NCBI RefSeq assembly: GCF_035084215.1
Contig: NC_090361.1
Location: forward strand, 3,658,001-3,722,000
Direction of reading: 5' to 3'
Length of the DNA stretch: 64,000 nt
From: Heptranchias perlo
Taxonomy: Eukaryota
This document shows, in pieces, positions 36,209 through 49,739 of this stretch; the first letter of the stretch is position 1; each line of letters starts with the position of its first letter. The notes under the pieces were generated by a model. The model saw nothing but the letters and a program-made list of their open reading frames with translations. It was not told where the DNA came from and made no database searches. The position numbers and the translations under genes were made by a program.

Positions 36209-37315
36209 CCCCTCCACTCTCTATACCCCCTCACCTCAGCACCCTCCACTCTCTATACCCCCTCACCTCAGCATCCCTCCACTCTCTATACCTTTCACCT
36301 CAGCATCCCTCCACTCTCTATACCCCTCACCTCAGCATCCCTCCACTCTCTATACCCCTCGCCTCAGTATCCCTCCACTCTCTATACCCCTCGCCTCAGC
36401 ATCCCTCCACTCTCTATACCCCTCGCCTCAGCATCCCTCCACTCTCTATACCCCTCACCTCAGCATCCCTCCACTCTCTATACCCCTCACCTCAGCATCC
36501 CTCCACTCTCTATACCCCTCGCCTCAGCATCCCTCCACTCTCTATACCCCTCGCCTCAGCATCCCTCCACTCTCTATACCCCTCGCCTCAGTATCCCTCC
36601 ACTCTCTATACCCCTCGCCTCAGCATCCCTCCACTCTCTATACCCCTCACCTCAGTATCCCTCCACTCTCTATACCCCTCGCCTCAGCATCCCTCCACTC
36701 TCTATACCACTCACCTCAGCATCCCTCCACTCTCTATACCCCTCGCCTCAGTATCCCTCCACTCTCTATACCCCTCACCTCAGCATCCCTCCACTCTCTA
36801 TACCCCTCGCCTCAGTATCCCTCCACTCTCTATACTCCTCACCTCAGCATCCCTCCACTCTCTATACCCCTCACCTCAGCATCCCTCCACTCTCTATACC
36901 CCTCGCCTCAGTATCCCTCCACTCTCTATACCCCTCGCCTCAGTATCCCTCCACTCTCTATACCCCTCGCCTCAGTATCCCTCCACTCTCTATACTCCTC
37001 ACCTCAGCATCCCTCCATTCTCTATACTCCTCACCTCAGCATCCCTCCACTCTCTATACCCCTCGCCTCAGCATCCCTCCATTCTCTATACCCCTCACCT
37101 CAGCATCCCTCCACTCTCTATACCCCTCGCCTCAGCATCCCTCCATTCTCTATACTCCTCACCTCAGCATCCCTCCACTCTCTACACCCCTCGCCTCAGT
37201 ATCCCTCCACTCCCTATACCCCTCACCTCAGCATCCCTCCACTCTCTACACCCCTCACCTCAGCATCCCTCCACTCTCTATACCCCCTCGCCTCAGCATC
37301 CCTCCACTCTCTATA
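36209..37315. repeat. 32-bp pyrimidine-rich minisatellite, about 34 copies
   Basis: Unit CCCCTC(A/G)CCTCAG(C/T)ATCCCTCCACTCTCTATA. Confidence 0.97.
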
Positions 37316-37634
37316 AACTCCAAGACTTGACTTACTGCTGCCTTATCTCAGGATGCTCTCAGCACTTCTCTCTACGCTACTGGACAGGATGCAAGAGATA
37401 GCGGGGCCGTCGTTTCTCAACCCTAGTTTCCAGTCTTCCTCTCTTGGTTGAACCTTTCTTGTTTCTCTGTTCTTAAGTTATACTTTTCCTGGGCTTCTCA
37501 ATAATCCTGCATCCAATGATAAAGGAAAAACAGATTGATTTATTATGTTTAAAAACAACTTTGCACATCGCAATATTCATTATCTCACTGCTGGCTTGCA
37601 AACTCCCTCATACAGATTGACCAATTGTTATCTC

Positions 37635-37877
37635 CTTCAGCTGCCTAGGCCCTAAGCTCTGGAATTCCCTCCCTAAATCTCTCCACCTCCACCTCTCTCT
37701 CCTCCTCCTTTTAAGTTGCTCCTTTGAAACCTACTTCTTTCATCAAGTTTTTGGTCACCTGTCCTAATATCTCCTTATGTGGCTCGATGTCAAATTTTGT
37801 CTGATCATCGCCCCTGTGAAGCACCTTGGGTCATTTTACTATGTTAAAGGCGCTATATAAATGCAAGTTGTTGTTGT
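37635..37877 (+). mobile_element. L2 3' end
   Basis: ttcagctgcctaggccctaagctctgg...ggcgctatataaatgcaagttgttgttg. Confidence 0.8.
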
Positions 37878-38857
37878 TTGGTTTATGTATTGATGAGCTA
37901 GAATGGGCTGAAGGGCCTTCCTATATAGCGAGGCAAAAAAAGACTGCCTCAACCATTAGCTCCAGTGAGCTTCCCTCCGTCAAGATATCTGTGGGTCTTG
38001 GACATGCCAGGAATTAGTTCCATGTGTGGGAATTTGGAGTTGTTGTTGACTGATATTTAAAGTTTGGATCTAACCTGTTGCTTAATTACAACAATGATAC
38101 ATGACTTTCTGGTTTGGAGGCAATGGCCTAGGTCTTGTAATCGTAATGCCAATGGTAACTTGTTGAGTTTTGTATACTTTAAACATGTGGTAAATATCCT
38201 CATTTCCTCCGGGCCAATGTGTGTGACCTTCTGGCCCTGTTTTGTATATTTCTGGGTGGCCCTCATTAAACTTTGTCAGCATTCACTTCCTGAGCAAGTT
38301 TTTATTGGTATTAAAACAGCATTTATTGGATGCTGCCTCAGCACACTACTCCATCTTTTACTGTTAACTCCTTTCCACAGTTCCAGTGCTCTAGAGCATC
38401 TGAAGAGAAGGCTCGTTTTACTTCAGACTATCTCCCTGTTATTGTCTCTTTGACGATCCCATAGGGTCTCATCCTTTTCTGTCTCTATTCTGATTAACTT
38501 CATCTTCTAGTCCAATACTAACAGAGTGACAGTATCAGTGCAAGCTTGAATATGCTCATCCAACTTTTCGTTGGCTTTTGCAGTCCAGTTTTGACGGTGT
38601 ATGAATAAAGTATGTGAATTTACCTGGTGTACATGAGGCCTCCAGGTCGTATCTCTGTGATGTGATCATCAGCCCTTGTGATTGTGAAGGACAATCATTC
38701 GGAGATTTCTCAAACAGAGCAATTAGCAGCTTGTTGGTCAAACACAAACTGATTGAATGTTGAACAGTTCCTTCTCAATCCTTGGATACCTTGGGCAGGA
38801 ATTCCCTGGGAGCTGTTCCTGTTCTGCCGCTGTAACTCGGCCTGAAGTCTGGAGGAA

Positions 38858-39515
38858 ACAGAATTTGCTGGATTGGGGCATCTCGCGGAGTGCCCCATCG
38901 GTTACACTTTTTTCCCTCAGCCTTCAGCTTGAAATCTTTTTGCCTTTAAGTCGCTGGACATCCGCGGTGAGGGTAACAGGACATCTGGGAGCTTGGTGAA
39001 ACGATGGGACCAAAAGTCTACCTCCTTAACCAATTAAATGTAAGGATTGAGAAAGAAACAGAAGAACGACAGAGCAGGAAATTGGATGAATTAGAGTCAA
39101 ATCAGAAAGAGAAATAAAGAAACGGAAAGAAAGATTGGATTAAGAGAGAGAGAGAAAAGAGACAGAAAGGAAAAGTAAATTGGTTTAAATTGTTCCCTTT
39201 GTGGGCCCGAGAGGTTGATTAACATTGCATTAGCAACTATCACGTCGTTAAAGGGTACTTACGTTGTTAATCACCAGCCCTAACTTTCTGCGGCGAGTTT
39301 AATTGACAATTAATATGCAAATTCAACAAGTTCTTACAAATAACGGAGAGGCTAAGGGTGAGATGCTACTTGTGCAAAGCAAATTGAGCAGCAAGTCCTG
39401 GAGATTGGCAACTCACAGTGTATCTCTTCATCCCCCTGAACTTGCTGGCCGATTTGGGCATTAATAGCGGCCCCCTGACGTTCACAAGCCATTATTTATC
39501 CAGCAAGATTTGGCC
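38858..39515. mobile_element. Probable non-autonomous DNA element with imperfect TIRs
   Basis: Ends acagaatttgctggat / atccagcaagatttggcc; internal GA-rich tract. Confidence 0.35.
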
Positions 39516-40644
39516 TGTGGTTTGTGCGTACACATGGTTTGTGCCGCACTGCAGGTGAAGTTACTGCAGAGGAGCGAGAACAGCTAGGAGGAAATTCCCT
39601 TGCTTCCGTGAATTTTTTTTTTTTGCAGAAGTGATGGTTCACCACCTACTTTCTGCAGCAGCACATCCTGTCTATACTGTACCAGCTGAAATTTATTTGG
39701 GGTTTTTCCCCATTGAAAGAACTTGAAAACTGACTCGTACATTAACAGGTCCCTCTCCATTTCTTCATGCCTGTGAATCTAGCCCCATTCACTAGTCTCT
39801 TCGAAGACACTAGGCATTTTTCCAAAAGATTTGGTATTTGACACTTCAATGCAGTACTGAGGAAGTCCATTCTGGTGGACATAAAAGATCCTGTGGTACT
39901 ATTTGAAGAAAAATAGGGAGTTCTCCCGGTCTCCTAGCCTAAACCCCCAGAAACCGATTCTCTAGTCGTTTATCGCTTACTGTTTGTGGGATCTTGCTGT
40001 GCACAAATTGGCTGCCGTGTTTCCTACATCGCAACAATGACTACACTTTAAGCATTTGAGACATCCTGAGCACTTGAGAGCTGCGTAAATGTTCCTTTCT
40101 CACAGTTGAAACTATTATAAATATTTAATGTATCTGAAGGAAGAGACTCTGCCTTTCCCCAAACAAATGTGGATAGAACACCAATAAATACGGACTACTC
40201 CTCCTGAGTCAATTCATTCAAATGATTAAATAATTCAATTTTTTTAGCGCGAGAAAGACTTTGAATTAGTATAGAGTGTTAAAAATGAGAAGTCTACAAA
40301 TCCTATTTAACATGGAGAGGGCAAGTGATTGTGTTTGGCCAGATCGGATCAGAGCCAGTGTTTTAAGTGACTTGTTATATAAAATTGAAGGACTCAGGCT
40401 GCATATTGTCCTAAGTGTGGAAATAGGCACATGCTGCTGCTTCTTATCATGCACTAAACGTGGGTTTAGTGAACACTTAACTTGCAGAATTGCAACATCC
40501 AAAGAGTGTTATTCAGCATTTGGACTCTGCTCTCCCTGACCTCGCAGTTGGGCAACACTTTTGTTGCTTCTGTTGATACTCAATGCCAAAAATGGAAAGT
40601 GTGTCATTGCCCAATGCTATTGTCCCTCAGCTTGATGAGCAATA

Positions 40645-41248
40645 AAATGATAAAAGGGTTCGATAGGGTAGATAGAGAGAAACTATTTCCTCTTACACAG
40701 AATACACAGCACAGAAACAGGCCATTCGGCCCAACTGGTCTGTGCCGGCGTTTATGCTCCACACGAGCCTCCTCCCTCCCTTCTTCATCTCACCCTATCA
40801 GCATATCCTTCTATTCCTTTCTCCCTCATGTGTTTATCGAGCTTCCCCTTAAATGCATCGATGTTATTCGCCTCAACTACTCCTTGCGAGTTCCACATTC
40901 TAACAACTCTCTGGGTAAAGAAGTTTCTCCTGAATTCCCTACTGGATTTATTAGTGACTATCTTATATTTATGGCCCCTAATTTTGGAGGGGGACCCAGT
41001 ACAAGGGGGCATAATCATAATATTAGAGCCAGCCCATTCAGGAGTGAAATCAGGAAGCACTTCTTCACATAAAGGGGAGTGGAAATCTGGAACTCTCTCC
41101 CCTAAAAGGCTGTGGATGCTGGGCCAATTGAAATTTTCAAGACTGAGAATTATATATTTTTGTTGGATGAGGGTATCAATGGATATGGAGCAAAGGTTGA
41201 GGTACAGATCAGCCATGATCTAATTGAATGGCGGAACAGGCTCCAGGG
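40645..41248. mobile_element. CR1 mosaic: + fragment interrupted by a - fragment (40700-40985)
   Basis: KGFDRVDREKLFPL is interrupted by an antisense CR1 tail and resumes at GGPSTRGHN. Confidence 0.8.
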
Positions 41249-41258
41249 GTGTTGGGGA

Positions 41259-41524
41259 ATGTGTGAGGGGAGGAGAGGTCTCATTGGGGAGTATGTGAGG
41301 GGAGGGGAGGTCTCATTGGGGAGCAGGGGAGGGGAGGTCCCGTTGGGGAGCAGGGGAGGGGAGGTCCCATTGGGGAGCAGGGGAGGGGAGGTCCCGTTGG
41401 GGAGCGGGGGAAGGGAGGTCCCGTTGGGAAACGGGGGAGGGGAGGTCCCATTGGGGAGCGGGGGAAGGGAGGTCCCGTTGGGAAACGGGGGAGGGGAGGT
41501 CCCGTTGGGGAGCGGGGGAGGGGA
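41259..41524. repeat. 27-bp G-rich minisatellite, about 9 copies
   Basis: Unit GGGGAGGTCCC(A/G)TTGGGGAGC(A/G)GGGGA. Confidence 0.9.
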
Positions 41525-41744
41525 GAAGCTGTTTTTCTTTCCTGTCTATGGAATCTTTGCATGAACCATGTCCGATCAGCTCATGCTGTAGGATGTTAAT
41601 CATCAATTAACGTGCCAAACACATTCCAGGCCATGAAGTTTGCTGAGGGATTTGGAGACTGAGCCTTTAGGTTACACAAAGAGCAGTAATTGGCCCATCA
41701 ACACCGATATCTGATTGAACACAACTGACACTGGTGGTCTCAAC

Positions 41745-42035
41745 ATCCCTGGGATGGCAGGACTGAAGTATGAGGAGAGATTGGGTCGACTCGGCCTATA
41801 TTCACTCGAGTTTAGAAGAAAGAGAGGGGATCTCATTGAAACATATAAAATTCTGATGCAGGGAGGATGTTTCCCCTGGCTGTGGGGTCCAGAAAGATGG
41901 GTCACAGTCTCAGGATACGGGATAGGACATTTAGGACTGAGATGAGGAGAAATTTCTCCACTCAGAGGGTGGTGAATGGCGGAGCAGGCTCGAAGGGCTG
42001 AACGGCCTACTCCTGCTCCTATTTTCTATGTTTCT
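41745..42035 (+). mobile_element. CR1 3' fragment
   Basis: IPGMAGLKYEERLGRLGLYSLEFRR plus tail. Confidence 0.8.
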
Positions 42036-44130
42036 GGTGGTCTCAACGTCAACAGACCGTTAGATAACAAAAGTGTCAGAGCTGATTGTGATTGAGCTGC
42101 TTCACCTGCCATCCTGCCACATAGACAAACTCATGCCCCACTTCTGACCTTTACGAGAGAAAGAACACCTGATCCTGTCTGTTTAACCCCATGTTTACTC
42201 CCCACCATTTCACCAGTGTGTCACTGACCTCACTGCTGGCCGGCTCCATTTTTCCCAATTCTCTTACCCCCTCAAGGTGTTGACTCTGTCCTGGGGTCTG
42301 ATTCCATAGGCACCGGCAGTCCTCCAGTGCTTTACTCCAGACAGTCAGTACTGGTAGGCTATTCCACTATGGAGAGCATCACAGCCAAGCACGACCTTGT
42401 CCTCACCTGAAAGCCACATGTGCACTTCCAGCGGTGGGGTGGGGTGGGTGGGGGAGGAGGTCATTTGCTCAAATTGCCCATTTTCACCTGGCTGACATGG
42501 TTTAGAGCCTCAAAGTAGGGTTGCTACCTCTTGCCAAGTCCAAAACCAGACCGGGGACATGATAAGAGTATGACTGGTGATAGAAGGCAAGGAATGATTC
42601 TATCATTTGCTTTACTGATGACATTTCCTTTAACTTTCATAATTAACCTTATGAATCACAACCCAAGACACCAGCAGAAAAAAAATATTTTTTAATAAAG
42701 TAAAAATTCTAACATCTGCGCACACGTCCTCCAATTTTTCCAACATAAATTCCTGTGTCCATATTTACAATGGAAACTTGCTATGTAAACTTGTCACGCT
42801 GTAATTCTGCCCTCCCACCAGTGGTGGCGCTGTGTGTCTCAGCTCCTCGGCCTGTACTGCAGAGAAAGAAACCAGATGATTGGGTGAGCACCACCTTGTG
42901 ACTACTCAATGAAATGGCTGCAGATGGAATGTCGACTTTATCCCCAGGCACCATTTCAGATCCCCACACAGATCCTCAATCACTGTCCGGTGGACACTTC
43001 ATTCCTTGTGTAAGGGTCTTGTTAGCCAGATCCATTTTTTGTTACTAAGTGTGCGTTGGATCAGCCAGAAATGAAATGCATGATTCAGACTTGCCGATGA
43101 GCACTCTTGACTCGGATTGAGTTGTTATATTCAGCACGGACCCCATTGCCAAGATTCATAATGAAAATTGCTGTGCATCCATTGGGGTTTATCGCGCAGC
43201 TGGTGTGAGGCTAAAGAGGTGTCTTGCCAGAAATACATCTCTGTGGCCTCACTCCAAAACGTTACTACAGTGAAACCTCTATTATCTGCCACGAGGGAGG
43301 GAACTCCCCCAGCGCACCCCACCCCCGCCAGTCCAGAATGGAAGTTGATGCAGGATTGTGAGCCCCTAAGATATGCTACAGTAATATTCCAGGCAGGGAA
43401 GGAAATACGATACAAATAGATTTGTCCCGTGAAAGTTTTGATTGCTAATGGTGAAGATGGGTAAGGAGGAGTATGAATAATGCAGGTTATGGCGGACGCA
43501 TTTCACGTCCTCCAGTGGGGTGAGAGAAAGAGACAACTCCCATGGAGGCCTGCAACTCTGACCACCCACTAACCTGCGCAGCGGTTGGACTGGGCTGAGG
43601 GGAGCACACAAATGCGATGCATTGTCGTCTGGGGGGGGGATGGGGACAGAAGGTTGAATATAGACAAATCTCCTTGTTAAAGATGTTTTGTAAGCATCAG
43701 CACAGAGATCTCATTGTGAGCTGGTTGTTGGCCAGTGCTTGCAAGCTGGAAAATAACATGTGGAAAAATACCCACTGGTTCCTTTTTAACCACGAAACTT
43801 AACCTCGACAAAAAACATTTGTCAAAAGGTTGCACGGCCTGCGGCTCATCGCTGAAATTCATCCTTCCTGACAGTTGTCTTCCTGCAGCTGTATTAACCC
43901 TACAGAGGCTTCTGCAGCTTCCAGGGGTCCAAAATAATTCCCTTCACATCTGCAACCTACAGCTGTTAAGAATCGAGTAAGAAAGACCCAGAATGATCTG
44001 TCCATTTAGCAACTCTCCCTCTTCTCCTGATGGGGTTGTCTCTTGCTGGCCTATGGTTCCATGGTTGCTGGCAACCCTCCAATATCTCAACCATCGGTGA
44101 GCCCCAAGCAGTGAGGCCCAAGCATCTCAC

Positions 44131-44379
44131 CTCTTCCTCGTCCACCTGCATTATTTTTTGGCAGATCTGGGCTGGGATCTCGGGGGACGAGTTCTGCTGC
44201 CTCCCCACCGGTTTCCATCGTCCGGTCTGGTTGGGGGAGACAGTTCCCATCGATATACGCTAAGGAGGGTAACGCGACCTCCGCCTTTGACCTGCCGTTG
44301 CACTCTTTGAACGCTGGATGCAGGGGTTTAGAGGTTGTCTGGGGAGCGGAGGTCCCTGGGGTAAAACTTGAAGTGGAAC
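44131..44379 (-). CDS. Candidate 249-nt symmetric (phase 1-1) exon of an unidentified gene
   Basis: Acceptor ctcttgtacAG|G and donor GAG|GTGAGA; unique CpG-containing sequence; one frame open end to end (STSSFTPGTSAPQ...NNAGGRGR). No homolog recognised. Confidence 0.35.
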
Positions 44380-44419
44380 CTGTACAAGAGCTCTCTTCCT
44401 GACAGAGATTGGGTAGCCA

Positions 44420-44742
44420 GAAAGAAAGACTTGCATTTATATAGTGCTTTTCACAACCTCAGGATGTCCCAAAGCGCTTTACAGCCAATTAAGAATTTTT
44501 GAAGTTTAGTCACTGTTGTAATGTAGGAAACGCGGCAGTCAATTTGCGCACAGCAAGATCCCACAAACAGCAATGTGATAGACCAGGTAATCTGTTTTAG
44601 TGATGTTGGTTGAGGGATAAATATTGGCCAGGACACTGGGGAGAACTCCGCTGTTCTTCTTCGAATAGTGTCATGGGATCTTTCATGTCCACCTGAGAGG
44701 GCAGACGGGGCCATGGTTTATCTGAAAGACGGCACCTCCGAC
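44420..44742 (-). mobile_element. Deu-domain SINE (5'-truncated)
   Basis: Core and tail as in the other copies. Confidence 0.85.
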
Positions 44743-44877
44743 ATGCATTAACACTGGACATTAACTCTGGAAGTGCTAGAAATATAAACTGAGGATACGT
44801 TAAAACACTCTTGAGGTGAAAAAACAAGAGTATAAAAATCCATAGTTTGCTGCTTATTAATTAATTGGGACGTTCTA

Positions 44878-45272
44878 GAGAAGGCTGAGGGGGACCTGAT
44901 AGAGGTCTTTAAAATTATGAAGGGGTTTGATAGGGTAAACGTAGAGAAGATGTTTCCACTTGTGGGGGAGACCAAAACTAGGGGGCCATAAATATAAGAT
45001 AGTCACTAATTAATCCAATTCAGGAGAAACTTCTTTACCCAGAGAGTGGTGAGAATGTGGAACTCGCTACCACAAGGAGTAGTTGAGGCGAATAACATAG
45101 ATACATTTAAGGGGAAGCTCGATAAACACGAGGGAGAAAGGAATAGAAGGATATGCTGATAGGGTGAGATGAAGTAGGGATAGGAGGATGCTCGTGTGGA
45201 GCATAAACGCTGGCATGGACCAGTTGGGCCGAATGGCCTATTTCTGTGCTGTAGACTCTCTGTAATTCTATG
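44878..45272 (+). mobile_element. CR1 3' fragment
   Basis: Near-identical to 19340-19737. Confidence 0.85.
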
Positions 45273-45818
45273 GCGTACTTTAAAGGCGCTATATAAATGC
45301 AAGTTGTAGGGCATGGAGAGACAGACACACACATACACTCTCTGGATGCAAAGCACCTCCTTTGCTACACACATGCACTCAGTTAGACAGACCAGTCCCC
45401 CAACATGCTCAGGATTCCAGCCAGGAGCTGATTCCGGGAAAATGAATTAAAACATGTTTAAGCCTTTGTGTACTTCAATTCATACAGAATTACTGTCAGA
45501 AAGTCAATAAAATGTTAATTATCCCTTGTGGCTCACAGAGTCAGTTGGTGGTACTTGTCATCTTTTCCAGCAATGTTTAGCTTGCTTAGGAAAACATTTT
45601 TTTGGCACTTAGGCCAAGGGATTGTAAGCAGACTAAACAACAAAGAAACTTTGTGTCTTTCATAGGCTGGGAGCACCCAAAATATTAAATGAAGAGGGAT
45701 TAAGAAGTAGGTGGGCTGGGGATGAAGGTGAACTTCCTGTCAGGACCCTAAACCTTTAATGGGTTCACAACACAAAACAACAGGGGAAGATGGGGGTGGG
45801 GGGGAAGATTGGGGGGAG

Positions 45819-47445
45819 ATCAGGAGGACATCGGGAGGGTGAAGAGTGGGGCATCAGGAGAACATCGGGGGGGGGGTGAAGAGTGGGACATCGGGGGGGT
45901 GAAGAGTGGGGCATCAGGAGAACATCGGGGGGGGTGAAGAGTGGGACATCGGGGGGGTGAAGAGTGGGGCATCAGGTGGGCATCGGGGGGTGAAGAGTGG
46001 GGCATCAGGTGGGCATCGGGGGGGTGAAGAGTGGGGCATCAGGAGAACATCGGGGGGGGTGAAGAGTGGGACATCGGGGGGGTGAAGAGTGGGGCATCAG
46101 GTGGGCATCGGGGGGTGAAGAGTGGGGCATCAGGTGGGCATCGGGGGGGTGAAGAGTGGGGCATCAGGAGAACATCGGGGGGGGTGAAGAGTGGGACATC
46201 GGGGGGGGTGAAGAGTGGGGCATCAGGAGAACATCGGGGGGGGGGTGAAGAGTGGGACATCGGGGGGGTGAAGAGTGGGGCATCAGGAGAACATCAGGGG
46301 GGGGGGTGAAGAGTGGGACATCGGGGGGGTGAAGAGTGGGGCATCAGGAGAACATCAGGGGGGGGGGTGAAGAGTGGGACATCGGGGGGGTGAAGAGTGG
46401 GGCATCAGGAGAACATCAGGGGGGGGGTGAAGAGTGGGACATCGGGGGGGTGAAGAGTGGGGCATCAGGTGGGCATCGGGGGGGGTGAAGAGTGGGGCAT
46501 CAGGTGGGCATCGGGGGGGTGAAGAGTGGGACATCGGGGGGGGGTGAAGAGTGGGACATCGGGGGGGTGAAGAGTGGGGCATCAGGTGAGCAACGGGGGG
46601 GTGAAGAGTGGGGCATCAGGTGGGCATCGGGGGGTGAAGAGTGGGGCATCAGGTGGGCATCGGGGGGGTGAAGAGTGGGGCATCAGGAGAACATCGGGGG
46701 GGGTGAAGAGTGGGACATCGGGGGGGGTGAAGAGTGGGGCATCAGGAGAACATCGGGGGGGGGGTGAAGAGTGGGACATCGGGGGGGTGAAGAGTGGGGC
46801 ATCAGGAGAACATCAGGGGGGGGGGTGAAGAGTGGGACATCGGGGGGGTGAAGAGTGGGGCATCAGGAGAACATCAGGGGGGGGGGTGAAGAGTGGGACA
46901 TCGGGGGGGTGAAGAGTGGGGCATCAGGAGAACATCAGGGGGGGGGTGAAGAGTGGGACATCGGGGGGGTGAAGAGTGGGGCATCAGGTGGGCATCGGGG
47001 GGGGTGAAGAGTGGGGCATCAGGTGGGCATCGGGGGGGTGAAGAGTGGGACATCGGGGGGGGGTGAAGAGTGGGACATCGGGGGGGTGAAGAGTGGGGCA
47101 TCAGGTGAGCAACGGGGGGGTGAAGAGTGGGGCATCAGGTGGGCATCGGGGGGTGAAGAGTGGGGCATCAGGAGAACATCAGGGGGGGTGAAGAGTGGGA
47201 CATCGGGGGGGTGAAGAGTGGGGCATCAGGTGGGCATCGGGGGGGTGAAGAGTGGGGCATCGGGGGGATGAAGAGTGGGGCATCAGGTGGGCATCGGGGG
47301 CGTGAAGAGTGGGGCATCAGGAGAACATCAGGGGGTGAAGAGTGGGACATCGGGGGGGGTGAAGAATGGGGCATCAGGTGGGCATCGGGGGGGGGTGAAG
47401 AGTGGGGCATCAGGTGTACATCGGGGGGGGGTGAAGAGTGGGGCA
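45819..47445. repeat. G-rich composite minisatellite with a 519-bp higher-order duplication
   Basis: Core GnTGAAGAGTGGG(G/A)CATC with or without AGG(TGGG/AGAA)CATC; identical translated blocks at 46355-46582 and 46874-47101. Confidence 0.95.
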
Positions 47446-47621
47446 GGCTCAGGCGGGACTTCTGTTTCCGGGTCGCCCGCGCGCACACAGGTGGGTCCCT
47501 GGGAAACTCGGAAGTCGGCGGGTTGGAGCCGGCTTCTGAACCCAAACGGGATTTCCGCGATTTACGGAGCCCCCCCGCCCCCGCCTCCTAAAATTGAGCC
47601 CTGAGCGTCTGAAATAGAAAA

Positions 47622-47852
47622 CTGCTCAGTGGCAGCGCTCTGGCCTCTGAGTCAGAAGGTCGTGGGTTCAAGTCCCACTCCAGAGACTTGAGTCCAAAAT
47701 CTACACCGACACTCCCAGTGCCAGTACTGAGGGAGAGCTGCACTGTCAGAGGTGCCGTCTTTCCGATGAAACGGGCGAGGCTCCGTCTGCCCTCTCAGGT
47801 GGATGTAAAAGATCCCATGGCCTCTATTTCAAGGAAGAGCAGGAAAGTTCTC
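47622..47852 (+). mobile_element. Deu-domain SINE 5' part
   Basis: A box gctcagtgg, B box ggttcaagtcc, Deu core. Confidence 0.8.
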
Positions 47853-48309
47853 CCTTCCTTTCTTTCCATCCCTAGTTTTCATGTGCAAAGAATTCGCCAA
47901 TATATGTGTGTGTATATATATATATATAAAATATATATGTTTTGATAAACATGTTCCAGCTGGGGAGAAAAATGTCCCTGTATACAGTTGGAAGGGGTTC
48001 AGGATAGACATATATCTGGCTGAACTTGGTTGACTGTGTAGCTGTAGTCTGAAGACACAGAGCTGGTTTGTGTAGAAACTTGGATCAGGGGAACAAGAGA
48101 CTGCTTAAAAAAATAACAACTTGCAAATCTTGGAACCACGGCTCATTGAACCAACTGCTCAGGAATTCAGCCTGAATTAAAAACAACAGAAAATGCTTAA
48201 CAAAAACATAGATTTTATACACAAGAGGTTTAAGCTTGCTAACATTAGTTATAACACTTACATTATTGGAGGTGTTTATACAAAGCAAATCATAGTGACA
48301 GCTTGGACA

Positions 48310-48538
48310 ATTCCCCTGCACTTCTTTCACTAGTGCTGAGGGATCTTTTACGTCCACCTGAGAGGGCCTCTGTTTAGCATTTCATCATGAAAGACGGCAC
48401 CTCTGCCAGTGCAGCACTCCCTCACTGCTGCACTGGCAGTGTCAGCCTGACATTTGGTGCTCAAGTCTCTGGAGTGGGACTTGAACTCACTATGGTCTGA
48501 CGCAGAGGCAGAGTGCCACCCACTGAGCTCGGGCTGAC
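48310..48538 (-). mobile_element. Deu-domain SINE 5' part
   Basis: Head and core match the other copies. Confidence 0.75.
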
Positions 48539-48852
48539 AACAAGGGGTTAAATGAAGCAAAAGTCTCCTTGTCAAAGTGAAGCTGGTCCTGGATCACCGC
48601 CGTGGATCGAGCAGCTAATTTCCCGACTGTTTATTGCACTGTGCTACATCACCGTTCGGGGGCAATGCCTATTGCGTGTTGCTGTATTGCCAGTGCTCAT
48701 CTTTAGCTTGTTATCGCTGGCATTAGTTGACACTTAATGGAAAAGCAGACGGTATCTCAAGACGTACTCATTGCATGTGCAGTGTATCCCCACCGTTCAC
48801 AGATACCTAACTGACACACTACAGTGCACTATTGCATTCAGTGTTTCCCTAG

Positions 48853-49308
48853 CAACAACAACTTGCATTTATATAGCGCCTTTAACGTAGTAAAACGTCC
48901 CCAAGCCCCTTCATAGGAGCGATTGTCAAACGAAATTTGACACCGAGCCACATAAGGAGATATTAGGACAGGTGACCAAAAGCTTGGTCAAAGAGGTAGG
49001 TTTTAAGGAGCATCTTAAAGGAGGAGCGAGAGATAGAGAGGTGGAGAGAGACGTTTAGGGAGGGAATTCCAGAGCTTTGGGCCCAGGCAGCTGAAGGCAC
49101 GGCCGCCAATGGTGGAGCGATGAAAATCGGGGCTATGCAAGAGGCCAGAATTGGAGGAGCGCAGAGATCTCAGAGGGTTGTAAGGCTGGAGGAGGCTACA
49201 GAGATAGGGAGGGGCGAGGCCACGGAGGGATTTGAAAACAAGGATGAGAATTTTGAAATTGAGGCGTTGCTGGACCGGGTGCCAATGTAGGTCAGCGAGC
49301 ACAGGGGT
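48853..49308 (-). mobile_element. L2 LINE 3' fragment
   Basis: VTPVLADLHWHPVQQRLNFKILILVFKSLRGLAPPYL, the typical L2 ORF2 C-terminus; (ttg)n tail. Confidence 0.9.
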
Positions 49309-49739
49309 CACTTGGCTGAGGAGAATCAGCGAGGCCTCATGGAAGAGCTCTGACATCTCCCGCAGGACGATCAGAATCTACCAGTGTCGTCAAGTTCACC
49401 ACAGCTGTCAATTTTTATGCATCAGGCTCCTGCCAAGCTGGCACGAGGACATGTGCAACGTCGGCCATTTTGGCTGTGCGGAGCAGCGTCATGTAGGCGA
49501 TCGATGGAATTATTCAGAAATGCGAACCCCTTGCTCACATCTGCCGCTGAACAGCGACAGCAACACTAAAACCTTGCTCACATCTGCCACTGAACAGCGA
49601 CAGCAACACTAAAACCTGCTGGCTTTCCAAGTGTCCGGGAGGAGGTGTTGGTCATCCACTGGGCCATTCGAGCCTCTGTGTGCCAGACAATGAAAGAAAG
49701 AACTTGGATTTATATAGTGCCTTTCATGACCTCAATTCA

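Noticed and set aside
36160-37401. 413-aa ORF, the longest in the window
   Set aside because: Translation of the 32-bp minisatellite; the peptide cycles through the three frames of the unit.
42812-42832. CTCF-like motif ccaccagtggtggcgctg
   Set aside because: Only the right half matches the consensus without introducing a gap.
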